From: Bacteroidia bacterium
GTDB lineage: Bacteria > Bacteroidota > Bacteroidia > AKYH767-A > OLB10
Direction: 5' to 3'
Assembly (NCBI GenBank): GCA_044448905.1
Contig: JBIOHJ010000001.1
Span: forward strand, 1 to 61,282
DNA: 61,282 bases
Shown: piece by piece, positions 38,114-47,132 of the stretch
Layout of the letters: every line of letters begins with the position of its first letter
Position numbering within the stretch: the first letter of the stretch is position 1
Made by a program: the position numbers and the translations under genes
Notes under the pieces: model-generated
Database searches by the model: none
Told to the model about the DNA's origin: nothing
The model's input: only the letters and a program-made list of their open reading frames with translations

Positions 38114-39517
38114 ATGAAAAAAATAATACTCTTTCTCATCGTTATACTTACTGGCATTGTTTCAAAAGCAAATCTTATTACGGTTCCGAATGATTATCCT
38201 ATAATTCAACAAGCTATAAATGCTTCGTCTGATGGTGATACGGTAGTAGTTATGCCAGGGACATATTTTGAAAATATAAATTTTCGCGGGAGAAAGATTT
38301 TAGTCACGAGCCTTTTTTATACCGGCAATGATACCAGCTATATTTCGTCAACAATCATCAATGGCAGCCAGCCGGTTGATCCCGATACTGCCAGCTGTGT
38401 AATTTTTAATTCGGGTGAAGATTCGACAGCAGTTTTGCAAGGCTTTACCATTACAGGAGGACAAGGCACTGCGTGGTTCGATATTCATGGTGCCGGAATT
38501 TACCGCGAAGGCGGTGGAGTGCTCATTGAACTATGCTCGCCTGTTATCCGGTTTAACCGGATTATAAACAACTTTGCCACCAATTCAACAGGCCTTAATG
38601 GTGCGGGTGGCGGTGGTCTTCGCATTGGTGACGGTAAGCCGAAAATTTTAAATAATGTTATTGCTTTTAACCAGGGTAAATACGGTCCTGGTATTGTGCT
38701 GAATTATACAGGATGTGTAATTAAAAATAATATAATCTGCTACAATTCTGGCGGGCAAAACTTTAATGGCGGTGGAGCTGTATGGTCGTCTGGTAATTTT
38801 GCCGGTGGAACAAAACTGATTGAAAACAATACCATTTATGGAAACCATGCAAACACCGGAACCGGTGGTATTCTTTCGCAGGGAACCAATACTATTATCC
38901 GTAATAATATTGTGTGGGCAAATACTTCACTGGGTGGCTTGCAGATTTTTACACCGGGTGGCGGCAGTGCAACGGTAACATATTCCGATGTGCAGGGCGG
39001 ATTTTTCGGCTCAGGGAACTTAAATACAACTCCTTTCTTTCCGGATACTGCAAGTCTTGTTCTCTCGCCATTTTCGCCTTGTGTAGATGCAGGCGACTCT
39101 TCAGCCATTTATAACGACATTGAAAATCCCGGAAGCCCGGGCTTTGCTTTATATCCTTCGTGGGGAGCTCTCCGAAATGATATGGGCGCTTACGGAGGCC
39201 AGGGTGCTGCCATACTTGGAGGAGGTGTTGTTACAGCGATTGATGAGCTTAAAAATATTTCCTCAATAAATGATGTTAATATATTTCCTAACCCCTCTAA
39301 TGAAAAGTTCAAGATTCATTCCGCTAAAAGCGGCATAAAATTTAAAGTTGAGAAAATTGAATTGAAAAATATAATTGGAGAAAAAGTTTTGGAAATTAGT
39401 TTTCCCGGAGCAGGAAATGAAATTGAAGTGGATGTCAGAAAACTAAACGCAGGAATTTATTTTGTGAAAATATTTTCTTCCGCCCGAATAATTACAAAGA
39501 AAATTATTTTGGAATAG
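38114..39517 (+). CDS. right-handed beta-helix (pectin-lyase-fold) secreted protein with T9SS C-terminal domain
   Basis: Signal peptide. Repeated NNxI/GGG beta-helix turns. C-terminal IFPNPSNEKF...GIYFVKIF sorting domain. Confidence 0.75.
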   Translation: MKKIILFLIVILTGIVSKANLITVPNDYPIIQQAINASSDGDTVVVMPGTYFENINFRGRKILVTSLFYTGNDTSYISSTIINGSQPVDPDTASCVIFNSGEDSTAVLQGFTITGGQGTAWFDIHGAGIYREGGGVLIELCSPVIRFNRIINNFATNSTGLNGAGGGGLRIGDGKPKILNNVIAFNQGKYGPGIVLNYTGCVIKNNIICYNSGGQNFNGGGAVWSSGNFAGGTKLIENNTIYGNHANTGTGGILSQGTNTIIRNNIVWANTSLGGLQIFTPGGGSATVTYSDVQGGFFGSGNLNTTPFFPDTASLVLSPFSPCVDAGDSSAIYNDIENPGSPGFALYPSWGALRNDMGAYGGQGAAILGGGVVTAIDELKNISSINDVNIFPNPSNEKFKIHSAKSGIKFKVEKIELKNIIGEKVLEISFPGAGNEIEVDVRKLNAGIYFVKIFSSARIITKKIILE

Positions 39518-39557
39518 CTTTTTTCATATTATTTCCTGTGAAGCTACCTGTATTCTT

Positions 39558-39998
39558 TTAATCCGCTTCAAATAACCGCCAGTAGTATCCTAACTCCTGC
39601 TTAAGTTTTTCAGCAAATTCATCAAAGTCATTTGCCTTAACCATGCACATATTTACACCTGCTTTAATGGCATCAGCAAAAGATTCGCTTTCCTCCAAAC
39701 CTGAAAAAACAAAAACCGCAATACTTTTTGTAAAAGGGTTTCCACGTATTATATTTAAAACTTCAATTCCGCTTTCCTGCGAAATACTTAAGTCGATAAT
39801 AATAATACGAGGTAGCCGTGCTATATTCCGCCCTACATATTTTCCATGCCCGAAAATAAAATGGATAGCTTCTTCAGCATCTTTCACCCAATGAATCTTA
39901 TCGGTGAGTTTGCTTTGTAGAATTGCAGTTATGGTTAATTCGGCCTCAAAAGGATCGTGTTCTATCAGTAAAATATCAGCAAATGCAGGAACAGCCAT
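39558..39998 (-). CDS. stand-alone response-regulator receiver protein
   Basis: 146 aa. ILLIEHDPFE, IIIIDLSI (phospho-acceptor Asp), VFVFSG, CMVKA. No output domain. Confidence 0.75.
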   Translation of the reverse strand: MAVPAFADILLIEHDPFEAELTITAILQSKLTDKIHWVKDAEEAIHFIFGHGKYVGRNIARLPRIIIIDLSISQESGIEVLNIIRGNPFTKSIAVFVFSGLEESESFADAIKAGVNMCMVKANDFDEFAEKLKQELGYYWRLFEAD

Positions 39999-40099
39999 CT
40001 GTTTAGATTAAAAAAAATGTGCTGCAAAATTGCTGTTACCATGATCCAATGAAAATAGTATCCGCTTGATAAATACTGTAAATAAAAAAACAGGTATTG

Positions 40100-40117
40100 T
40101 GTAGTATTAATACTACA
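40100..40117. promoter_or_regulatory. 18-bp perfect palindrome TGTAGTATTAATACTACA
   Basis: Lies between the LuxR regulator stop (40151) and the stand-alone receiver start (39998). Candidate operator or hairpin. Confidence 0.35.
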
Positions 40118-40150
40118 AAGAAAATGAAGTGGATTACAACCCGCAAAAAA

Positions 40151-40780
40151 CTACTCTAACTTATTTTTAATTGTATAATGAGTAAGTTCAGCATTCGTTT
40201 TCATGTTCATCTTTTCAAGTATCCGCCTCCGGTATGTGCTTATTGTATTTATGCTCAAAGAAAGTGAATTGGAAATTTCAGATAATTTTTTTCCTAAAGC
40301 AAGCAATTTCATTACATGGAATTCGCGGTCTGATAGTGTTTCGTGAGGTACTTTGGATGTATCTTTTCCAAGGGATTCAGCCAGCTTTTCAGCTACGGCA
40401 GAAGTAATGTATTTTCTTCCGCTTAAAATTTTTCGCACCGCATTTACCAATTCATCTGACGCACTGTCTTTGGTAAGATAGCCCGAAGCGCCTGCTTTCA
40501 ACGCGCGGATGGCATAATGATCTTCGGGATGCATGCTGAGTATCAAAACAGGCAGCTTTGGAAATTCTGCTTTAAGCTGCTTTACTACTTCCAGCCCGTT
40601 TCTGCCGGGCATAGAAAGATCGCTGATAATAATATTCCACTTTTCTGTTCTCGCTTTCTGCAACAATTTATTACCGTCATTCACCGATGTAATTGCCGCA
40701 TCAGGAAATTCATCGAGCAGGATTTGTTTTAATCCTCTTCTCACAACGCTATGATCATCGGCAATTAAAATGTGAATCAT
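40151..40780 (-). CDS. NarL/FixJ-family response regulator (receiver + LuxR HTH)
   Basis: ILIADDH, IISDLSMPGRNG, LSMH, KAGASGYL, C-terminal LSDREFHVMKLLALGKKLSEI HTH. Confidence 0.9.
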   Translation of the reverse strand: MIHILIADDHSVVRRGLKQILLDEFPDAAITSVNDGNKLLQKARTEKWNIIISDLSMPGRNGLEVVKQLKAEFPKLPVLILSMHPEDHYAIRALKAGASGYLTKDSASDELVNAVRKILSGRKYITSAVAEKLAESLGKDTSKVPHETLSDREFHVMKLLALGKKLSEISNSLSLSINTISTYRRRILEKMNMKTNAELTHYTIKNKLE

Positions 40781-42645
40781 TTGTTAAGATTGGCTTTTTT
40801 TTGTGTGGCTTTTAAAGGTACCTGTAAGAAAATAGTTGTGCCTTTTCCTTTTATACTTTCTATTTTAAGTGTTCCGCCAAATATAGTTGCACGTTCTCTC
40901 ATTCCTACAAGCCCCAATGTATTTTTATTTTTTATTTCCGCTTCATTAAAGCCTTTCCCGTTGTCGTGCACTTTCAGGATAAGGTTTCCGTTGCTGTGCT
41001 CAAGCGATGCCTTTATTTCAGTTGCCTGTGCATGGCGCACCACATTAGTTAATGTTTCCTGGTACACTCGGAAAATTCCGGTGGAAAGATTCCTGTTAAT
41101 TTTCATTTCACCAACTTTTGAATTGAACATGCAACGGAAACCTATTCGTTTCTCAAATTCCTTGCTTTGCCAGTCGAGAGCATCAGTTAACCCTAGCTCA
41201 TCGAGCATGCGGGGGCGAAGTTCCGAAGAAATACGCCTGACCGTTTTAACGGTTTCATCAATAAGCGAAATCATCCCTTTGATTTTTGTATGGGCTATTT
41301 TATCGTCAGGTGCAATTTTTTTATTTAGCCATGAGGCTTCCATTTTTAAACCTGTCAATTGCTGACCAAGCTCATCATGTATTTCGCGTGATATGTTTGT
41401 ACGCTCTTCTTCCCTTACATTTTCGAGGTGCGAAGATAGCTGGCGCAACTTTTCGTGAGATAATTTCAGGTTTTCTTCTGTGAGAATTTTTTCTGTTATG
41501 TCATTTACCAGTATAAGCCATACCGGTTTGTTATCATAAATTATATTGTGACCAATAATATCAGCTTTGAAAACAGTTCCGTTCTTTTTTTTATGCCGCA
41601 ATACACCAAAGTAATTAATGCCATCTACGGATTCTTTCAATTTCTTCTTGTAAAGCCCGATGTCTTCTATTGGCCGAATTTCCTTTGCTGTCATTGAAAG
41701 AAACTCCTCTCGTGAATATCCATATTGTGAGACAGCTGCATCATTCACATCAATAAACCGCATGTCAGGTTTGGAGAACATAAGCATCGGCAACGGGTTT
41801 TTGTTAAACAGTAATTTATATTTCTGTTCGCTCAACCGCAATGCATCTTCCGCTTTTTTTCTTTCAGTAATGTCACGCGCAATGGCAAGCATTCTTCCAT
41901 CCGGAATCATTTTTACATTGGCCTCAACCAGTATGATGGTTCCGTTTTTATGCATCATGCGCCTCTGGCTAAAAACATGCTCACCTTTAACCAGCCTGTC
42001 AAAATTCATTGGCTCTGTTTTCAACTGTTCGGGATCAATCAATGCCCTGACGTTCAATTTTAATAACTCCTTTTTATTATAACCAAACATTTTACACAAA
42101 GTTGAATTTACATCAATAAAATTTCCTGTTTGATCTGTGATCATTATAGGATCTGATGCCTGCTCAATCAGTGAACGGTAACGTAATTCACTAATCCGTA
42201 ATTCATCTTCCGCTTTTTTACGTTCGGTAATATCCCTGAGAAAGGCACAAAAAAATTCTGTCCCGTTTTGCTTTATCGGTATAACGGTAAGCTCAACAGG
42301 AAATTCTTTTCCTTTCCGGTTCAGTGCGGTAATCTCGATTAATTTATTTAACACTAAGCCTTCGCCTGTTTGTAAATAATGTTTTAAACCCTCCTCATGC
42401 CGTTTTCTGTATTGTTGAGGGATAATAGTTTCAGATAAACGTTTTCCCAATGCTTGCTGCTCCTTCCATCCGAATATTTTTTCTGCCTGTGGATTCCATA
42501 GTGTAATTTTTCCTGATTCATTAATGCATATTATAGCATCCAATGCGGAATTCATTATCAGGCTCATGGTTTCATCATCGTGGTTGACCGATTGTTTTTT
42601 TGGATCAGTCCTGGCTTTAATCAACCTGCTTTTGTTAGTTATCAC
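40777..42645 (-). CDS. multi-PAS sensor histidine kinase (HisKA_3/NarX-type)
   Basis: Three or four PAS-like modules (repeated DITERKKAE linkers). H-box REIHDELGQQLT. ATPase motifs HDNGKGF, GLVGMRERA. 4-nt overlap with the downstream regulator. Confidence 0.9.
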   Translation of the reverse strand: MITNKSRLIKARTDPKKQSVNHDDETMSLIMNSALDAIICINESGKITLWNPQAEKIFGWKEQQALGKRLSETIIPQQYRKRHEEGLKHYLQTGEGLVLNKLIEITALNRKGKEFPVELTVIPIKQNGTEFFCAFLRDITERKKAEDELRISELRYRSLIEQASDPIMITDQTGNFIDVNSTLCKMFGYNKKELLKLNVRALIDPEQLKTEPMNFDRLVKGEHVFSQRRMMHKNGTIILVEANVKMIPDGRMLAIARDITERKKAEDALRLSEQKYKLLFNKNPLPMLMFSKPDMRFIDVNDAAVSQYGYSREEFLSMTAKEIRPIEDIGLYKKKLKESVDGINYFGVLRHKKKNGTVFKADIIGHNIIYDNKPVWLILVNDITEKILTEENLKLSHEKLRQLSSHLENVREEERTNISREIHDELGQQLTGLKMEASWLNKKIAPDDKIAHTKIKGMISLIDETVKTVRRISSELRPRMLDELGLTDALDWQSKEFEKRIGFRCMFNSKVGEMKINRNLSTGIFRVYQETLTNVVRHAQATEIKASLEHSNGNLILKVHDNGKGFNEAEIKNKNTLGLVGMRERATIFGGTLKIESIKGKGTTIFLQVPLKATQKKANLNK

Positions 42646-42713
42646 GATTGTCTTTTCCCCGTGAAAATCGGGATAGTAAAAGAAAGGAAAATTTTAGAAT
42701 TAAAAAAATGAAT

Positions 42714-43424
42714 TTAATTCTCGTCAACTACCTTGCCTGAGCCATTAATATGGGTTGAAACCGAAGGCTTGCCTTTGTAATGCACCGAGCCACTGCCGTT
42801 AATCTGCACATCGAGGTTTTGAATAACATACACATGCACATCACCGCTTCCGTTTACGTCTATTTCGGACGAGTTGCAGGGAAGCTGACCGGCTTTAACA
42901 TCTCCTGAGCCCATAATACTTGTTTCGTGTTCATTGGCAGAGCCTTGTAAAATGATATTTCCCGAGCCCATGATTGATGATTTAATTTTTGCGGCAACAA
43001 GTTTTGCGTTGATATCACCCGAACCTTTTATCTCCAATTTAATATCCTTTACCTGAAACGTATCGGGCATTGTAATATTTCCCGAACCATTTACTTCCAA
43101 CTCTTCCAGCTCGGGAAGCGCAACTGTAATTTTTATTCGCTGACCCGGATCAAGGCATCGTTCGCTGTCTATATTAAGTGCATGGCTGCGGATTTTGGTT
43201 TTAATTTTTTCGAGCAGATTTTCTTCGGCTTCAATATTCACAGAAAAGTCATCGCCTTTTATCACTTTAAGATCGGCAGGAATATCGAGCGAGATTTCGC
43301 TGAATTCGCCAGGGTTTCTTTGTTCAGATTTCATGGGACCTTTACCTTCGGTGCAAATAATATGGCAGCTGTTCATTGAAAATAATACCGGGGAAAGCAA
43401 AATAAATTTTAGTGGCGTGCGCAT
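42714..43424 (-). CDS. DUF2807-like (GIN-domain, beta-helical) lipoprotein
   Basis: Signal sequence plus Cys. Repeated GSGDI/GSGNI/GSGDV/GSGSV motifs. Confidence 0.65.
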   Translation of the reverse strand: MRTPLKFILLSPVLFSMNSCHIICTEGKGPMKSEQRNPGEFSEISLDIPADLKVIKGDDFSVNIEAEENLLEKIKTKIRSHALNIDSERCLDPGQRIKITVALPELEELEVNGSGNITMPDTFQVKDIKLEIKGSGDINAKLVAAKIKSSIMGSGNIILQGSANEHETSIMGSGDVKAGQLPCNSSEIDVNGSGDVHVYVIQNLDVQINGSGSVHYKGKPSVSTHINGSGKVVDEN

Positions 43425-43668
43425 GATGATTTTTTTTAGGATGAAAGAAAATCAAAGTTAGAAGAAAATTTTAATCGGGCGAAAATAAAAATCCCACCAA
43501 TCTTTAGATAGTTTGACAAGTTCAGTGCAGGCAAGCTTTCCGCAGATTATTTTGAACCAGTGATTAGATTATTTAATTCCAAACCAAGCATTCAAGCCTA
43601 AGATAATATTCCGCCCGTATTAAAAATCCCTAATTTATAAAACGGCTCAGGTAATTGAAATATTTTTC

Positions 43669-43686
43669 CGGATAACCTGTCAGGAT
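43669..43686 (+). repeat. left copy of the 18-nt direct repeat CGGATAACCTGTCAGGAT
   Basis: Identical to 45193-45210. The two copies bracket gene 43740-45065. Confidence 0.9.
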
Positions 43687-43714
43687 AAATTACTGAAAGT
43701 AAACACAAAAAAAT

Positions 43715-43722
43715 TATATTTG
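43715..43722 (+). promoter_or_regulatory. -7 promoter box TATATTTG
   Basis: Perfect TAnnTTTG, 18 nt upstream of the ATG at 43740. Confidence 0.5.
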
Positions 43723-43739
43723 CTTCAAACCTTATTACT

Positions 43740-45065
43740 ATGAAAAGCTTAATTTCAATTAGTAGTTTTTTAACCCTACTTTGTTCATGTACTACCATCA
43801 ACAAAACTATTGATTATACAAATTTATCCTCCGCTTCACTCACACAATGCAACGAAAAGCTGACCGAAGTGGTAGTTCAGGATTTGTTTAATCCGCCAGT
43901 GGCAAGCCGAATATATGCCTACCCGAATATTGCCGCTTATGAAACATTGATTAATGGCTACCCATCCTATCGTTCTTTTCATGGTCAGTTGAATGATATG
44001 ATACAAATGCCAGCGCCCGATAAAACGAAACAGTATGATTTTTCAATTGCTGCGCTATTTGCCTTTACCGAAGTGGCTAAAAAGCTTATTTATACTGAAT
44101 ACCTGTTTATTGATTATGAAAAATACCTTACCGACAGTTTACAAAAAATCACAGATGATGAACTTCTTGAAAATTCAATCAAATTTGGTAAACAGGTAGC
44201 CGATTCAATAAAAAAATGGGCGGCTAAAGACATGTTTAAAGAGACCCGTGGAATGACACGGTATAGCTTAATAGATTCGGCTTGGGCATGGAAACCTACT
44301 CCGCCCGATTACCTGCCTGCATTGGAACCTCACTGGGGAAAAGTAAGGCCTTTTGTAATAAAATCGCCTGATGATTTTTTAGTTTCTCCACCGCCCGTTT
44401 CATTTAGTAAAGATAAAAATAGCGAGCATTTTAAATTTACAAAAGAAGTATATGATTTTGTAAATAATACGAACGATGAGCTTAAAGACATTGCAGTGTT
44501 TTGGGATTGCAATCCTAATGTTTCAACACATACCGGTCATTTAACAATATTCAACCAAAAGATGACACCGGGAGGTCATTGGATTTCGATTGCATTACTT
44601 GCTTCGCGCATGAAAAATGCCAACATGATGCAAACTGCCGAAGCAGTTTCATGCACGGCAATTACTTTAGCCGATGCATTTATCAGCTGCTGGAATGCAA
44701 AATATAAATACAATACCATTCGCCCTGTAACAGAAATAACTGAAACCTTTGACCATAACTGGTTGCCTATGCTTCAAACACCACCGTTTCCAGAATATCC
44801 GAGCGGGCACAGCACTATTTCGGCAGCAGCGGCAATAATGCTGACCCATATTTATGGAGATAATTTTGCTTTTACAGATTCATCCGAAGCCCCGTTCGGT
44901 TTACCTATACGTAGCTTTACATCTTTCAACCAGGCAGCCGATGAAGTGAGCATAAGCAGGGTATATGGCGGCATCCATTATAGATTTTCCTGTGATGCAG
45001 CCAATAAAAACGGAAAAGAAATTGCATCTTATATCATCAATAATATAAAAACAAAAACACAATAA
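43740..45065 (+). CDS. PAP2-superfamily protein (vanadium haloperoxidase / acid phosphatase-like)
   Basis: Lipoprotein-like signal sequence. PAP2 motifs KYKYNTIRP, PSGHS, SRVYGGIHYRFSCD. Confidence 0.75.
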   Translation: MKSLISISSFLTLLCSCTTINKTIDYTNLSSASLTQCNEKLTEVVVQDLFNPPVASRIYAYPNIAAYETLINGYPSYRSFHGQLNDMIQMPAPDKTKQYDFSIAALFAFTEVAKKLIYTEYLFIDYEKYLTDSLQKITDDELLENSIKFGKQVADSIKKWAAKDMFKETRGMTRYSLIDSAWAWKPTPPDYLPALEPHWGKVRPFVIKSPDDFLVSPPPVSFSKDKNSEHFKFTKEVYDFVNNTNDELKDIAVFWDCNPNVSTHTGHLTIFNQKMTPGGHWISIALLASRMKNANMMQTAEAVSCTAITLADAFISCWNAKYKYNTIRPVTEITETFDHNWLPMLQTPPFPEYPSGHSTISAAAAIMLTHIYGDNFAFTDSSEAPFGLPIRSFTSFNQAADEVSISRVYGGIHYRFSCDAANKNGKEIASYIINNIKTKTQ

Positions 45066-45192
45066 TGTAACCGAACTCCCGGCAGGTTTAAAACACCTGT
45101 CAGGTTTTGTCCACCAGTTATTGCACTTGATACCTCGCGCAGCCGCTACCAGGTTTCAGAAGAATAAAACCTTACAGGAATCCGCCAACTGG

Positions 45193-45210
45193 CGGATAAC
45201 CTGTCAGGAT
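45193..45210 (+). repeat. right copy of the 18-nt direct repeat CGGATAACCTGTCAGGAT
   Basis: Identical to 43669-43686. A related ACCTGTCAGG copy lies near 45096. Confidence 0.9.
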
Positions 45211-45311
45211 TAAACACAAGTTAACACACAGAGCGAAAATCAAAAAAAAATTCTTACTTTTTTACTTTAATCACAAAAGCATCAAAGCTTTTCATATTTT
45301 GGAAAACATGC

Positions 45312-46142
45312 CTAATGATTTCGCTGAGAAATAAAGCCCCGGATTATATTAATTGCCGCAACCGCAAAAAACAATGCACCCAGCATAGCTACCACCGATG
45401 AGCCAGCAGGAAAATCAAAATTGTAGGAAACATTCAAACCGAAGAATGCACCGGCAATGCTGATAAGCAAGGCAATAATAAAAACAAAAATATTTTTCCG
45501 CGAAAGCATAATAGCGCACACAGCAGGAATAATGAGATAAGCAAATACAGGAATCACGCCATTGGACCGTACCGCAAACACTATGGAAAGCCCTATGGAA
45601 ATGTAAAAAAGAAAATTCCACAGGTTAAAAACGGTTTGATTTTGCATTTCGTTATTTTCATACTGCCGGGTAAGAGCTAAAAACTTTTTGCGGAAAATAA
45701 TATGCAGCAGCGCAATAACTCCGAACACAATTGCAATAAGCTTAATCTGCTCATCGCTCACCGAAAGAATATTTCCGAACAATACTTCCTGGATATCCGA
45801 ATCGCCATGCGGAGACTTTGAAATAAGCATCACAGTTACCGCTGAAGCCACAGCATAAATAATCCCGATGATGGCTTCCTGCTTAAGCCGCTTATCGCGG
45901 ATGTTGATAAACGACATCAGGAATGCACCGACTAAAGTAAATAATATAGGGATTACGGTTTTTCCTTTGTCGATGTAATCGGAATACGCCACGCCAAGCG
46001 AAGAAATTTGCCCGAGCGCAAGGTCAACAAAAACAATTCCGCGGCCTACTACATGCACGCCAAGATAAGATAACATTAAGCCGGTAATCACGCTCAGGAT
46101 AAATGCCTGCGTGATGAATTCTAATTTGAACATTTCGAACAT
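45312..46142 (-). CDS. metal ABC transporter permease (ABC-3 / ZnuB-TroD-like)
   Basis: 276 aa, 8-9 TM helices. Sits directly downstream of the TroA-like binding protein. Confidence 0.75.
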   Translation of the reverse strand: MFEMFKLEFITQAFILSVITGLMLSYLGVHVVGRGIVFVDLALGQISSLGVAYSDYIDKGKTVIPILFTLVGAFLMSFINIRDKRLKQEAIIGIIYAVASAVTVMLISKSPHGDSDIQEVLFGNILSVSDEQIKLIAIVFGVIALLHIIFRKKFLALTRQYENNEMQNQTVFNLWNFLFYISIGLSIVFAVRSNGVIPVFAYLIIPAVCAIMLSRKNIFVFIIALLISIAGAFFGLNVSYNFDFPAGSSVVAMLGALFFAVAAINIIRGFISQRNH

Positions 46143-46189
46143 GGGAGGAGTGTTTAATGTTGAATGCTTATTGATTAATGTTTTGTGAT

Positions 46190-47110
46190 TTATTTTAATG
46201 CTTCAACCAGCTTGTTAATATTATAATCAAACACATCAAAATAATTTTTTACTGCATCGAATGCACCGGTTGAAGTAGCAAGCACCAATGTTTTTGCATT
46301 GGTTTGCTTTGCCACTACATCCGAAGAAGATGTTGTAAAGTATGGCGATGAAATAATGACTTTGATGCCATTGCTTTTCACTTCACCGATAATTTTTACA
46401 AGTTGTGATGGCGTTGGGGGGATGCCGGGTTTGGGTTCCAGGAAATCAACAATCTTTAATCCAAACCTGTTTTCAAAATAACACCACTCATTGTGATAAG
46501 CAATTATTTTCGCTCCTTTAAATGGTAACATTTTAGCAGACCATTCTTTCAGCTTCAAATCAATTTTATCATTGAATGTTTTGAGGTTGGCTTCAAAATA
46601 ATTTTTATTCCCGGGAGAAATTCTTATAAGCCCTTCGCAGATATTTTTTGCAATCACTTTCCCGTTCAACGGATCGAGCCAGTAATGCGGATTGCCGTAA
46701 ATATGAATATCGCCTTCTGCACGGTTAATGCTTGAAGGGACCTGCATGAGTGGAACATTCTCCGATGCATCCACATAGCCGGGGTTTCCTTTTTGAATTT
46801 TATTATTGCGCGAACTTGCCAATAAGGAAGGCGACCAGCCCATTTCTAAATCCAGCCCGATGGTAACAAACATATCAGCAGTGGAAAGTTTAATAATGTA
46901 GCTGGGCTTCGGGTCAACAAAATGCGGGTTCTGATATCCTGTTGCAATAGCAAATGCTTCCACTTTATCTCCCCCGATAAATTCTGTAATGCTTTTTAAA
47001 TCGGTTAATGTGGTAACTACTTTAATAGGCCTCACCCCTGACCCCTCTCCAAAAGAGAGGGGAATAGCTACTGTCATTAATAAAGCGATTGTTATAATTT
47101 TATTTTTCAT
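46190..47110 (-). CDS. metal ABC transporter substrate-binding protein (TroA/ZnuA-like)
   Basis: Start chosen at MKNKIITIALLMTVA. GNPHYWLDP motif, Y/H-rich metal-site region, two-lobe architecture. Confidence 0.8.
   Translation of the reverse strand: MKNKIITIALLMTVAIPLSFGEGSGVRPIKVVTTLTDLKSITEFIGGDKVEAFAIATGYQNPHFVDPKPSYIIKLSTADMFVTIGLDLEMGWSPSLLASSRNNKIQKGNPGYVDASENVPLMQVPSSINRAEGDIHIYGNPHYWLDPLNGKVIAKNICEGLIRISPGNKNYFEANLKTFNDKIDLKLKEWSAKMLPFKGAKIIAYHNEWCYFENRFGLKIVDFLEPKPGIPPTPSQLVKIIGEVKSNGIKVIISSPYFTTSSSDVVAKQTNAKTLVLATSTGAFDAVKNYFDVFDYNINKLVEALK
47030..47062. repeat. GC-rich palindromic element embedded in the binding-protein ORF
   Basis: CCTCACCCCTGA then CCCCTCTC-CAAAA-GAGAGGGG (8-bp stem). 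Stands out against AT-rich surroundings and encodes IPLSFGEGSGVRP between the signal peptide and the mature domain. Confidence 0.7.
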
Positions 47111-47132
47111 TTTTTTTTGTTTTGATACTAGT

